Origin: Lingula anatina
Lineage: Eukaryota; Animalia; Brachiopoda
NCBI GenBank assembly: GCA_051362555.1
Contig: CM120649.1
Span: 12,214,001-12,278,000, forward strand
Reading direction: 5' to 3'
DNA: 64,000 nucleotides
Shown here: positions 1 through 13,300 of the stretch, one piece after another
How positions within the stretch are numbered: the stretch's first letter is position 1
How the letters are laid out: every line of letters starts with the position of its first letter
Made by a program: the position numbers and the translations under genes
Notes under the pieces: generated by a model
Database searches by the model: none
Told to the model about the DNA's origin: nothing
Seen by the model: the letters and a program-made list of their open reading frames with translations, nothing else

Positions 1-433
1 AAAGAGCTGGTTTCAATGCAGCTGAGATCGTCCAAATCAACAAATTATATAACTGTTAAAGAAGAAAGCAACCCGCATTGTTTTTATCTTTTGAGACATA
101 AAAAGGTTACCGAACAAGAAATTTTACGCAGAAAGCACATTACTCCGAGTACAAACAGATAGACAAGGCTGTCTTAAAGCAGTTGCTTCAAACTTGGAAA
201 GGAAGGTACGAAGACAAGCATGACATAAAAAATTGTGCATTTTGATTGACAAATGTGATTTGAATATAACAGTGAATATCTGACAACTACAGTGCAAAAC
301 AGGTGGTTACAAGCTAATAAAGAAAAAATGATATGTATCTTCACAAAGCATGTGCTGAAGCAGGAAAAGAATCCATCAGCTCTAATAGCCTTTCAGCAAA
401 AAAAAAAAAAAAAAAAAAAATTCAAACACAAAC

Positions 434-667
434 CCTGGTAAATTCATCTTCTAAATTCATATTTGACAAGACGGGCTGTGGAACAAAATCCTCCCCTGGG
501 CTCGTAACCTGCAGCAGGTTTGGTGCCACTGATTTCCCAACAGGGCTTGGGTTGTTAACATCGGGAGACCACCGTCTCTGATATTCTCGTACTTTCTCAC
601 TTCGCTGCTCTTTCATGGAAGCAACTCTTACAGCCAAACTGCTGGCTTCATCAAGCCCATTGGTGAT
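434..667 (-). CDS. LRCH: LRCH exon 8 (ITNGLDEASSLAVRVASMKEQR...LEDEFTR)
   Basis: tatcag acceptor, open frame, donor AGG|gtttgt (less certain). Confidence 0.75.
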
Positions 668-3600
668 CTGATAGAAAATGTTGCAAGACATTTTGTTGCA
701 TGTCGAGAGTATCAAAGAATAAGCTTCTTTACAAAAGCTTCAAAAGCCATTCAAAGAGAAAAAAGAATATTTCTTTAGGGTTAATAAACAAAAAGCAGAG
801 ACTTATAACTTCTTCATGCAAACAAATTTCAAATAATTGCTACACTTTGGTTTTGGAGAAATTCTTGTTGTCTTTAAATCAGTCGCACTCCAGTTGATTT
901 TTCAGTCACTTGTATTTCTGGTCAGAAATGACATAATATGCATAAAATAAGTGTTAAGTTTTGTAAAATAAGCAACCATTACAAATGCCATTTCAAGAAA
1001 GCAAAGTTGACATGCAGCAGTTGCATTTATGTCATTCACATTTATTATACTATTGTTTTTTTTTTTATTTTCAGTGACTGAATTGACCTTCTCATGGCAT
1101 CTCAATAGTTAATTACTTTTCAAATAAACAAAATTATAAATAAATATATTAATGAATTCTGAAAAACCCACTTCCAAAAACATAACATAAGATTAATCCT
1201 AACTACAACTTAATACATTACCCAAAATTCTTAAACAGATGCACAACTAACTTTCCTGTCTATACTAATAAATATAAAAAAGAATTTTTTATACTGCAAT
1301 CTTGTCAATGTTTTTGGTTTTCCACATACTCAACTTCAAAAAGACCATACTCAACTGTAACAATCTGATTATAAAGACAAAACCCCATGAAGAAGAAGAT
1401 GAAGAAGGATTTGACATGAACTGTTTAAAAAAAAAAGCTTACACTAAAAACAGCCCAGTTCACACCACCAGATTTTAAGAATACATAGGTGCTCTCATGT
1501 TATATGATCCAGTATGTTCTCGTCTAATTTATTCCTTATGTGACCAGAGCAGTCAGAACAGAATTACTCACATATTGTGCAAAGGTGCTGTGAAGGTCTG
1601 ACAGGATATAAAAATGATGCTGGGCACAGTGTCACTAAAAAACTTGGCATCAAAAAGTTGTACTTCTAACACCGTAAACTGAGGTGATTTTGCCTTTACC
1701 CACTACATGACAAAGTAGCTATGAATCTGAAACTGTTTCCCACTTTTTCTACAGTAAAAACCATGTATTTTCAGGTAAGTTGACTACTGTCTTTCTATCT
1801 TGACTAAAAAAGGACCAACAATTTTGTAAGTTCTTCTGTGAACTGTGCCCAGATAGAGGTGTATTCAGACACAGACTGCAACTTGAAACGGTTTAGGTCT
1901 AAATGACACTTGACAATAAAATCATTACGCAGTATTCAAACATGGCAGACTGTCTATTGAGAAAGGGCATTACAAATTAGGATGACCCATCTCCCAAAGA
2001 AACATGTCTCAGGACCTAAACCGAGCCAAGTCCATGTCTGGTCACACTTTAACAGTTACAAATATCCAGCAGGGGGACGAAAGGGCTGGACCATATGAAA
2101 GTTAATATAAATTGTGCTGGATGTACAACATTTACTTGTTAACTGACCAACGGTCAACATCCACCTTACCTCTGAGGGTGACCACCGACTTTTGTCGATG
2201 CTTTCTCCCGACCACCGGGACTTGTCGCTGCTGTCTGTTGTACTGTATCCAGAGTCGGCCCCTGCAAACGTGTGCCTTTTGGGGGATTCTGGCGGGTACT
2301 GGAATTCATTGCTACTGTAATGGAAAATATTATAGTATAATCACACACGTAACATCCAGTCTGTGCCAAAAAACTTTAAAGCTACTGGCCCTTCAGGTAA
2401 TCAGGGTTCAAAAGTGTGGTAGTGTTCAATAAAACGTTGACTATTTTCTCAGCTTGTTGCCTCTTAAGGTGGCCAATTACCTTGGGTTGGTACCTAATGA
2501 CAGACTGAACATCTATTACACAATCATTTTAATTGTATGGAAGAAGTTCTGCAAAATTTACATGGGCAGCTACCTTTATAGCTACTTACTCAAACCCAAA
2601 GGTGACTAGCTGGTCATTTGAAGGACAAACAGATGGACAACAACATCCTTTATGAATTACTTACTATTCCACGGGCTGCCATGATGTAGACTTCCTGTAT
2701 TCCTTTCTCAGGTTGTCTGTTTCATTTAATATTCCACGTTTTCTATCTTCCCTTATTGCTTCTATTTGGAGATATTTCATGATGTGGACTCTACCTTTTG
2801 TGCAAATCTAAAAGAAAATTGAAAATTTGTAATGAACATAGCTTCTTTTCTTTTTTTCTGTCAATTGTCTTCATCTTAGCCTAAGGAGCACAAAAGAAAT
2901 CTGAACTCTCTCCAATAAACTGTTAGAAATTAAATTAATAAATCATGGAAAAAAATGGGCCAAAAAAATCAATACTACAGAATGTTCTGATAGATATCAT
3001 ATGCATATTGGCAGTTTTTTCCTGCTAATTTTTTTTCATTCATTGACTGGAAACTGGCAATAATTTTCACCTGTAGAATTTTATCATATTATCTAGTACT
3101 TACATGTGCAGGAGGTTTTGTGAGGGGGTTATTTTCTAATTTGAGCACTTCAAGTGTGTCTATATGTCTAAACTCTGTTGGTATTGTGGATATCTTGTTC
3201 CCAGCAAAGTCTAAAAGCCGTAGCTTTAACTGTCCTATTGCTGAAACAGAACAAAACAGATCATATAAGCATACAATCCACATTGTAAAAAAAAAAAAAA
3301 TTTTCTGGTAGTTTTAACAATTTTTTCAAAAGACAATCACCAGTCTCTGCCTTCACTACGAGAGTGACTAAAAAAACAGAAAACCTGCAACGTAACAGAG
3401 GAAAAATTATAGATTTTTCTAAAACCACCAAAAAATACTTAAAATTAAACAATTTTGTGAGATATACTATGGAACAGTTTGCATTTATTCCAGCTTTACA
3501 GGCCATCAGTACTAATTGTCTTAAATTTCATAGATTCCTCTGAGGTCTACCTTAATCTACCAAAACAATTTGTCTCAAAGGCCATTTAGCATAACAAAAG

Positions 3601-6600
3601 ATGGCAAAATGTTCGTTCTAATTGAGCCAACTCTTATTAGCCAGCCAAAATATATTAATTCATTTGTCTTGGTGGACTAGTCAAGCAAAGACTGCTGCAT
3701 CCAGTTACAGTAATTATCTAAAAATTTCGGATGCCTCATTTTCTTTTAAATATTCAACTTTTTTTCGAAAAGATCAATTCCAGACCTTCACAACAGTTAA
3801 CATTCTGACCCAAACCCAGTTAACTTTTCAAAAAATGGTCAAATTAACAATTCAACTACTAAAAACAAAACACCTCATTATAAAAATCATTAATTAACGT
3901 TGTTCAAATTTACTGAGCAATTATCATAGTTTTTAATATGAAACTAACAGTCTGCTAGCATACTGAGAGTCTGAGACGTTGGGCGGTCAACATGGAGGTA
4001 ATTCATCAAACCCTAACCATAACCCAACCGAGAGCAGCAATTAAGCTGACTTAGTGCACCACGGCCATTAACTTTCTTATCACTCAGCCTGACGGCCACC
4101 TGCTTCCTGGTGGCATTAGCAGAGTGCCAAGACATTATAACAGACATTACCGACCGGATGGCCTTGTGGTTAGAGTGTCCGCCTCCGGAGCGGGAGGACG
4201 TGGGTTCAAATCCCGTCCGGGGACATACCAGTCCTTTATAAACGGTACCTGCTGTCTCCCCGCTTGGCACTCAGCATAAAGGGGTTGAAGCAGGGGCCTG
4301 GTCAGGCAGGTTAGAAATGTTATATTAGCTATGAGCGCCTTATATGGCAGCCGAGCTGTATGCTCCCCAGGGAGGTGAGACCGCCTACGGAGTGCACCAG
4401 TGCAAAAATAACCAGGCTTCCTTGACTTAAATATTCATATATGTAATTGTATAACTTCAACCTTCGGGTTGCGATTTCTCCAATAAAGATTATTATTATT
4501 ATAGGAAAATAATAGAAAAATACAGAAATAAATATTTTTAGAACAAGGATTCAGGAAGTTCACTGCAAAAGTATAGGAAAGAATACAAATTTTCTCTACA
4601 AAAATGAAAAAAAAAAGGAATATCTCAAAAAAATAATAAAAGAAAAGAAAAGAAATATAAAAAGGAAAAAAATAGCTAAAGTTTCTGGATTTTCCTCATC
4701 AGTAAATGTCTGACACAAATGATGACCCTTTGACAGTGTTTCCTGAAATTTCTCATTAAAAGAGTTTTGACAGTCTAAATAAAGAATCCTAGAAAACTCA
4801 GAAAGGCTGCTGGTCTGAAGGAAGCAGATGTTAAGTTCAGTCATATTTTCTTGTGATGTAATCCTCATGCCACTTATTTTATAGACAGGTCCAGACAGAA
4901 GAGTGAGTCATTTGTAAAACAGTTCCCGCGAGCATTGTGCATTAGGGGGCTATAGATCCACTTCTGGAGCCTACTGAGATTTCCACTTCAACAATCAAAC
5001 ATTGAAACTGCCACAGTATCAGACATTTCTACAGCTCCTGTGCTGTGGGTTATTAATCAAAGATCAATTTCCAGTTTGAAAAAGACAAAAAAAATCTTCA
5101 TTGTTATTGACAGCTTTTTCCATAAGAGGGGTAAAATCAATATTATACTATTACAGACGCATAACTGACAGACACGGATAGTCATTATCATGTTATTGAG
5201 TTATGTAATTGTCCTTGGTGGAGATGTCAAGATTATGGAACAATATAATACCCCTCCATCTTGTTAGCCTTTTATCAGTTACAGACAGCATGTGATGCAA
5301 TATTTGGCAAGTGCCTTGTGACCTAGTTATGTCTCCTTGGCAACACTCATTAATATTGTCACATGCTATCAGTAACTGAATTGAGACTCACAGGGGGTAC
5401 AACATCACACCAAATACAGATTTCTTCTTAGACTCCATATAAAGCCCAGTCAGTAACAGCATAACTGACACTTCTCAATCAGTATTTGTTTTCTCATACA
5501 AGGGGCAACACAAAAATTAACGTGTCTGCATGCAACTCATACACGCTTTAATAATTTTTCCAGTCTCAGTTAATCAATGATCCATTTTCTTTTAGAAAAT
5601 TTCATTATCTAGAACCTCTCTTTTCAAAACTCTATACTTACTTGCTGGTAATTCTACTAATAAATTCCTACGAACATTGAGCGATCTTAAGGAGGTCAAA
5701 TCTCCTATTTGTATGGGCAAGTGAGTGACCTCATTACAGCTGATGTCCTAAAAAAAGAACAAAGAACGTAGGTCAAGGCCATGTCATTTGCAAAGTATAT
5801 AGAATGCTATTAACATTTTATCACCACAATAACATCTTGAAATTACAGGTTTAAATGCTAAGAGAGAGCTGCCATCTAGTGGTGGTTTCAGGACCAGTAT
5901 TATCTTCACAAAAACCATTGCAATTAGAGAATTTACACAAAGTTTTTCATTTAGCAAGCAACAGCAAAACCAAGTCTTGAACATTTCTGTTAAACAAATC
6001 AGTCCATTATAAATCGCCTGTAATTATTGTGTTGGTTATTACGTAGCTTCATATATGAAGAATGGTGGGGTGTTACTTGCAAGATGACGGTGTATTAAAG
6101 TATAATGTATGGATAGATGAAAATGTGTCAGCTGTGACATTATAAGAGATATAAATGTGTTAGCTGTGACAATGTGAGAGATATAAATGTGTTAGCTCTG
6201 ACAATGTAAAAATGATGTGTTTGCTGTGGTAACATGTTTGTTGTGACATTACATAGGATTTGCTTGCTGTGACAATATTCAGGATAATAATGTGCTAGTT
6301 GTAACAATATTCATAATGATTATGTGTTGACAATATTCAAGATGAAATAAAAAAAAACTTTAAGAATGTTACAATGGCACACATTTATCCCTTACCAGCT
6401 CCATGAGTCTCTCTAGTTTTCCTATCTCTTCCGGTAAGGAGACTAGTTTATTATTACTGGCAATAAGGACTTCTAAGAACTGCAAGTCACAGATGAATGG
6501 GGGAATTAACGTAAGCTGGTTACGACTGGAAAGGAAAAAAGAAGTCATTACGAATTGTTCATATAAAGCAGAAAAATAAGACAAATGAAAATTGTGAATT

Positions 6601-6821
6601 GAATATGAACTCGATATTTTAAAAACTCCCTCTTTAGAGCAGTGGGTGACAATGGAAACTGGACAACAAATCACATATTTGCACATACACGTACATACAT
6701 GCATGCATGGACATTCAGACCACCAGACGGATACATGCCAACTCAAGTAAATTGTATATCAAAAGACCCAGATCCAAAATCCTAATTCCCAATGTCAAAT
6801 CCACCTCGTTATCCCCTCCCC

Positions 6822-6867
<46 letters not shown>

Positions 6868-7280
6868 CTCTCTATTTTATTTTTTGGTATGATACCACAG
6901 GCACTGATCTGTTATTTCATGCTCTATAAGAATATTGCGGCAATGTTCAAGTATCTAATCCCCATTCACAACAGACTGTTCAGTGATTCCCCAGTGAATA
7001 CATATTGATTGATGCCACATCAAAGCCAAGTTCTCTTCATTAACCAAAGTACAAGATAATGAGACTAGTACATACATCCAATTAAACCATAAAACTTGAC
7101 TGGAGCCTAACAAATATCCAAATCCAATTTATAACAAAGATGGTGCAATAAAAACCAGGATGCTAGGCATTCGTATAAATCCTGGACTATGGAGTTGGCA
7201 TATGCATAAAAAGGGATCATTTTTATATTGGGGAACATGAGAGTGTGTGTGAGATAGAGAGTATGTGTAATTATATGTGT

Positions 7281-7364
<84 letters not shown>

Positions 7365-10300
7365 TGTGCGTGCGCGTGAATGTGCATGTGTGTAAGTAAA
7401 CCAACCTGCACATGTATGTGGGTGTCCACACTGAAGACAGAAGTGGTAGATAACTCTTATCAATCAAATATGACACATGCTGACATAACAAGTTTATTGT
7501 CCACAGCCTAGGAAATCTATCCATAGAGCTGAATCAGGATCAGGTCACACAGTTTCACAACTTAAAAATTCAAAATTAAGGTACCATGCAATCCTCTATA
7601 ATTATATACTAGTACTGTACATAATCTGTACCTAACACATCTATAAATTTCACAAAGTATCTTTGTTCAGCTTCTTAGGCAACAGGCTGTGCATCCTTAC
7701 TTAATATAAGTCAACTTTAACTGTTTTGTCTTAGGACAAAGTAAACCACAATATTTCTGAAGTTATAAATTTATAACCCAATACTTTGGCCCTAGGTTCT
7801 TTGGTCAAACTGGCTCTGGTTGGACACTGGCATGTATTTCGACTGTTCATATTTGCCATTACTAATACTGTGCATCTCAACATTATGTAGATGAACCAAC
7901 ATTTCAACACATAGACAGCCCAAGGTAAACAGAACCCCCACTATCACACCTGTATGTACAGGTTACTTTCAGGCACAGAAGCTCAGGTGTTTTTTCTCTC
8001 CCCCCCCCCCCCCCCCCCCCCCCCCCCCACACAGAGCCCCTGTTGACTTCCACAATCTTGCTAAATAACAAGGCAACAGATGACCTGATATGTATCACTT
8101 ACCCTTAAATATTATTTATGGTACACTTTTCTTAATCTACCCACTGACAGGTATAATTGCCTGCTTGACAGTTGTAATGATTCACCTGAAATACCTATCA
8201 GGTATATATATCAATCAGCATTTGGTTGTAGTTGGATTATCTGCTGGATAGGTATTAATTGCCCCACTATGAGATCTAATTTGCACCAACTTTCTCCCTT
8301 CCATGAAGGTGTGTGTTTACCTGTATGTTACAGCTGTTGATATGCCTGAAGCTGAACTGGTAATCTGCTGTTTGAGGAAAGATTATCTCTTTTTTTTTCT
8401 GGGATCAGCTTTCAAAATAACCCAAGGGAGAAACTGGTAATAATTTTGAACCAAATTTTATTTGCTCTAGCTTCTTTTTGGCTAAGCATTCATACTCATG
8501 TACCTGAATTAAAATCAAACTTGGAAAGTGAAAAGGCAAAGGAGAACCCCCAGTGATAAAACATTCCGTTCTTCTCATTAAATAACTATTTCTGCATTTC
8601 AGGAAAGCTAATTTCTTCTTGACAATTTCAACCTCTTAGGGCTCATTCGCAATGAAATGATTGTTCTCCATAGATCAACCCAACCCGTCAGGTATTCTTG
8701 CTGAATGAATATAATCACATTAAACCAAATGACATGCCTCTCCTGGCGTTGAATAAAATATAGAAAAGCTGGTGTTTATACCAATACGTTGGAAACAAGA
8801 GGTGTTAATCTGTAAAACAGATTGCATTGAGAAAAAGTCCCCATGGAGTTGGATTGATCTACATAGAATGACAGTTTTATTGGGAATGAGCCTTTAGAGG
8901 CAAGCTGACAAGGTGGAGGCTGCAATGCAGTTAATCTGGATACCCCAGTTGTCTCCATAGTGAGAACAGCAGTGCAGTGGACATTATCTCAACTCCTTTG
9001 ACTTCCAATCTGCTATTCATGAATAGAAATCTAAACAGCTTTCTATCTGGTTTTGATGTTTTCATAGATGGAAATCCAAACATTTTTTTCGTTCTTTCTT
9101 TCTTTTTTAAACTTTTGTTTTCATGGATGGAATGTCTTACATTTTTTTTTTACTGTATCAGTGTATGTATATCACGTATCCATTTCATAATATACAGTAT
9201 ATTACATATTAGCATGTATTTCTATGCTGAAAATGCTGGCAAGTCTCCGAGCAGAAGGGAACTACCTTCCTCCTCAAATTATCACATGGCATGTTATCCT
9301 AGCTAACAGTGCACACATGTAAACCACATGCTAAGCATAGCTCCGCCATGTCACTCAGTCTTGAACTCAGGCCGCATTCACAACCAAATTGGATTCGCAC
9401 ACTAACAGATCCCTGGATCAAATATGGCCGACCCACTTGAAAACTTACCGTGGGGAATCTATTCAGTGTCTCTTATGGGATCATTTTGCAGCAAGCTTTC
9501 AAGCGGGTGGGTTATTAATTTATCTGCAGATCTGTTCATCCACGGATTAACTTTGCTCTGAATGTACCCTTGATGGATCCCTCCAGTCATGGCTCCAAGG
9601 GCAGGAATGATGCTCTGACAGTTATAGCATTAACTTGTAGCTGTAGCTTCAACTGATCTGATACAGGAACCACTGTGTATTAATTACTTATCAGATCTCC
9701 ACAGATTTTCAACAGATTTACCTGGTGCACTTGTTATGATGTACAATGCAGTACAATAAGTTTTATTTCATTGCGGGTTGAAGGTGAAGGGAAACGTAAC
9801 CATTGCAGCTATTCACTGACAGAAATGTATTGACTGGGGAATTCTTTACATGTTTGATCTATTTCTGCATACTTCTATTATCTATTCATTTCATGAATTG
9901 CATATTTTGTTCTCATTTTCAGAGTGCATGTGAACTGCATTTAGAGGCATGATAATGGGCACAAGTGCGATTCAATGCCTCATTCAATTTACTATCCATA
10001 TACCTTATCAGTAATCCACATATATACAACATTTCACATCCACATTCAAATGCTCTTGTCAAAGTAATTCATCCAACAATACATGGATCAACCAAGCCTC
10101 TTAGGTAAATGTAAATCTGAAAATAATAGTCAGGTAATGCACTAACAAGCTTAAAGCTATGAAACCAAATAATACCTGATTGAAACTTAAAACAAGCCGA
10201 GTTATAAAGTGTATATCAAATGGCTAAAGCTGCTGTGGAGAGAATATTACTTTTGTACTTTGTATCAAAGAGCAATCTCTAAGGTTGATGATATGGACTA

Positions 10301-13300
10301 CGTGACAGCATGAAACGAAACAAACACTGGTCTCTGTATGCAAAGCTATGTGCTGCTTTAAGTTTAAGTGCCAAACCTTGTACTCTATTATATATATCTA
10401 ATACATAAATTCTCAGCTTCAAGCCTTGTCAATATTTAAGAAGTGGTTGTTTCGAGAGCGAAAATAGATACGTCTGGGTTAAATTTATAATAAACATCTT
10501 TAAGAAGGCTACTAAGTATATGTTCAGAACCAAATCAAGGGTAAATCTAGTGAAATTGTGGAATATTTTGATCATTTGGTGAAAATTATTTGTAGTACAG
10601 TGATTACCTCCTCTTCATTGAAATGATGAAAATTTATTGAAATGATGTGACTTAAGAGAAAATAAAACAATAGTGAGATTCCTCTTTGACCACTTCTGTA
10701 CTATTGTCTTATTAAGGTGTGGAAAGACATTACCATTGGCCAAATAATGTAATGTCCCACCCAGTATCCCACTTAATTTTTAATGACATTTCCCCTGACT
10801 GTAAATATATACAGGTTAATACTGTTATGACCTTCAGTTAAACTTATGCCTATAAAACCTGGTTGGAGTGATTTGCTGTTCAACAAAAAAACACTTCGGG
10901 CAAAATGTTGTCAGTTAAAAACGTACTAAAACCTTGCTTCACAAAACATTTGAAGTCAAACTTAAGAAAAAGTCTTCCTTGTAATAAAACTGGCACACTT
11001 TTTCATCTTCTGTACATAACTATTAATTTTTTTAGGGTGAAAGCAGACTTTTTTTCCTAAAAGTTTGACCAAATTTTAGGCTTATAAATAAGCTCTTTAG
11101 TGGAACACCCAAGGCTTATCATTATTTCCATGTTTTGTTTTGTTGAACTGTACTGCTATTAAAAGTGGGAGACAAGAAATATAAGACTTTCATTTAAAAA
11201 GTCTCCAAATATTAATAGAGAGACATCCAATTCAACGGTCTGTAAAACTGAGACCCACAAGCCTTTTCTCTATGATACATTTTCAGCAAATGAAGGTGTT
11301 AGTGGGCTGTATCAAATCTATGCAAGAAATGATTAATGAAATAGACATTAGACTGTCTATTAACCTGAGGATTTAATAAAAGCCCCTGATATAGCCCTAG
11401 ATAAAAACACCACAGCTGGCACACGATTTACCTACCACACAAAAAAGTTAATGCTCCTCCAAATTTAGTTCTCTGATAAGGTCTAGATTTGTATTTCTTT
11501 TCTTCATAAACATTTTTTTATTTTTGAAAAAGTGACTTCTCCATTTACAATGTCATTCTTGGGTTAAATTAAACATTCTTGGTCTAAACACAGCTTTGCA
11601 AAGTCTGACAGGCCTAACAAGAAAAATACATTAATATCACTCCATACGTTTTACCCTTGGTTACACTGCCTTTTGAAAAATCATATAAATAAATTCTTCC
11701 TAAGAAGAAAAAAAAAAGGCTTAACAATGTATCATTTCATATTTGGGCATCTCTTACTCACTTCCCATTCACCTTACACTTAATAGGCACAATTCTTACC
11801 TGACACTTAAGAATTTTAGATCTTACCCCATACGTGGGTCGCTTAGGCCAGGGGGGTAACCAACCTAACTATGAAGTATGCTAATCTTGTGGACGTGTAA
11901 GTACATATTAATTTGGTGCATGAGGTATGTTGGCTTACCTAGGATAAACTCTTCTGCAGCTCAGCTAAATTCATTTACTAGTAGCTGATTCATATTTCAA
12001 AGTCAAATCAGTGATAAAAACATTTTTGTTTTTGAAATTTTGGCTAAGTCAACTGAAGCCTTAGTAGATTTATATGAATATTTTATACGCTATCATTACG
12101 TAGCTTTTTTGATAACTATAGTAATTCCAATTTCAGCAAAAAAATGACTTAAATGTTAAGGCCAAACCATAATATCAAGATGAAAAGCACCAAACATGAA
12201 GGTCAACTTCACCTGACAAAGGCCAATCACATCTGACATGAAGGTCAAAAAGACCTGGAATTAAGGCCGAACTTCCCTAACAAAGGTCTTACACACCTGA
12301 CATTAAGGTCAACCTGACCTGTCACAGGTCAAACACACCTATCATACAGGTCAAACACACATGAAATGAAGGTCAAGACCTGACATTAAGGTCAACCTTA
12401 TTTGACATTAAGATGACCTCACTTGATATGAAGGTCAACCCCACTGGACATGAAGGTCAACCCCACTGGACATGAAGGTCAAGCTCACCTGACATTGAGG
12501 TATGTCAATCCCTGTAACTGTCTCAACATATCTGGTAGGCACCTGATCACATTGTGATAACACTGCAGCTTAGTGGTAGACAGCAAATTGCATAGATCAC
12601 ATGGGATTTCTGTGAAACGATTTTTGGAGATGTCTGAAACAGAATGGAATAGAAATACTAGGTTTAATTAAACTGATTCTAAGTAATGACTGAAGTAAAA
12701 TGGAAAGAAGGGATACCATTAAACTGGCTTTTGGTGATCTCTGAAACAAACAAACAAACAAAAAATAAATAGAAAAGTGGGGTTTCTGTAAACCAATTCT
12801 TGGATATGTCAAAAACAAATAGTATAGTGAAAGCATGGGCTTTTTGTAAACTACTTACTACAGAAAGAGTCGTTTTCTTCTTGTTAAAATACAGACACAA
12901 TTGTTTTATCTGCAAACGACTGTATAACTACTGATTTGTCTGGGGCCATATTGACTACAAATTTGACGTTAACAACTGGATCAACTTCTGACCTATAGTT
13001 CTTTAGTGAAACATGCTTGTGTTACTTGATGTAATCATCAGTACACAGGAGATATCATATGGCTGGGTTTGATTGGATTTGTGACACTGGGGAATGGATG
13101 TTATTGGGATTTTTGAACATCTGAGGAAAAAGCTAGAGCAAATCCAAATACCTATACAGTTGGTGTGCATGTGTATGTGTGTGTGTAAGGGGGTGCAATC
13201 TAGATTTGCACACATACAAACTACAATTTATTAAATATATATTTTGCTAAATAACCCATTGTGTTAAATGAGTAAGACAGAAATAATTGACTCAAACTAC

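Noticed and set aside
2166-2369. ORF-track frame STRQNPPKG... as the LRCH exon 7 product
   Set aside because: Wrong frame. The conserved DSGYST..RWS frame is reached with the acceptor at 2314.
4150-4225. tRNA gene
   Set aside because: It has A/B boxes but runs into a SINE core and an (ATT)n tail, with no clean acceptor stem or terminator.
7107-7524. ORFs with THTH/ERER runs
   Set aside because: Microsatellite translation.
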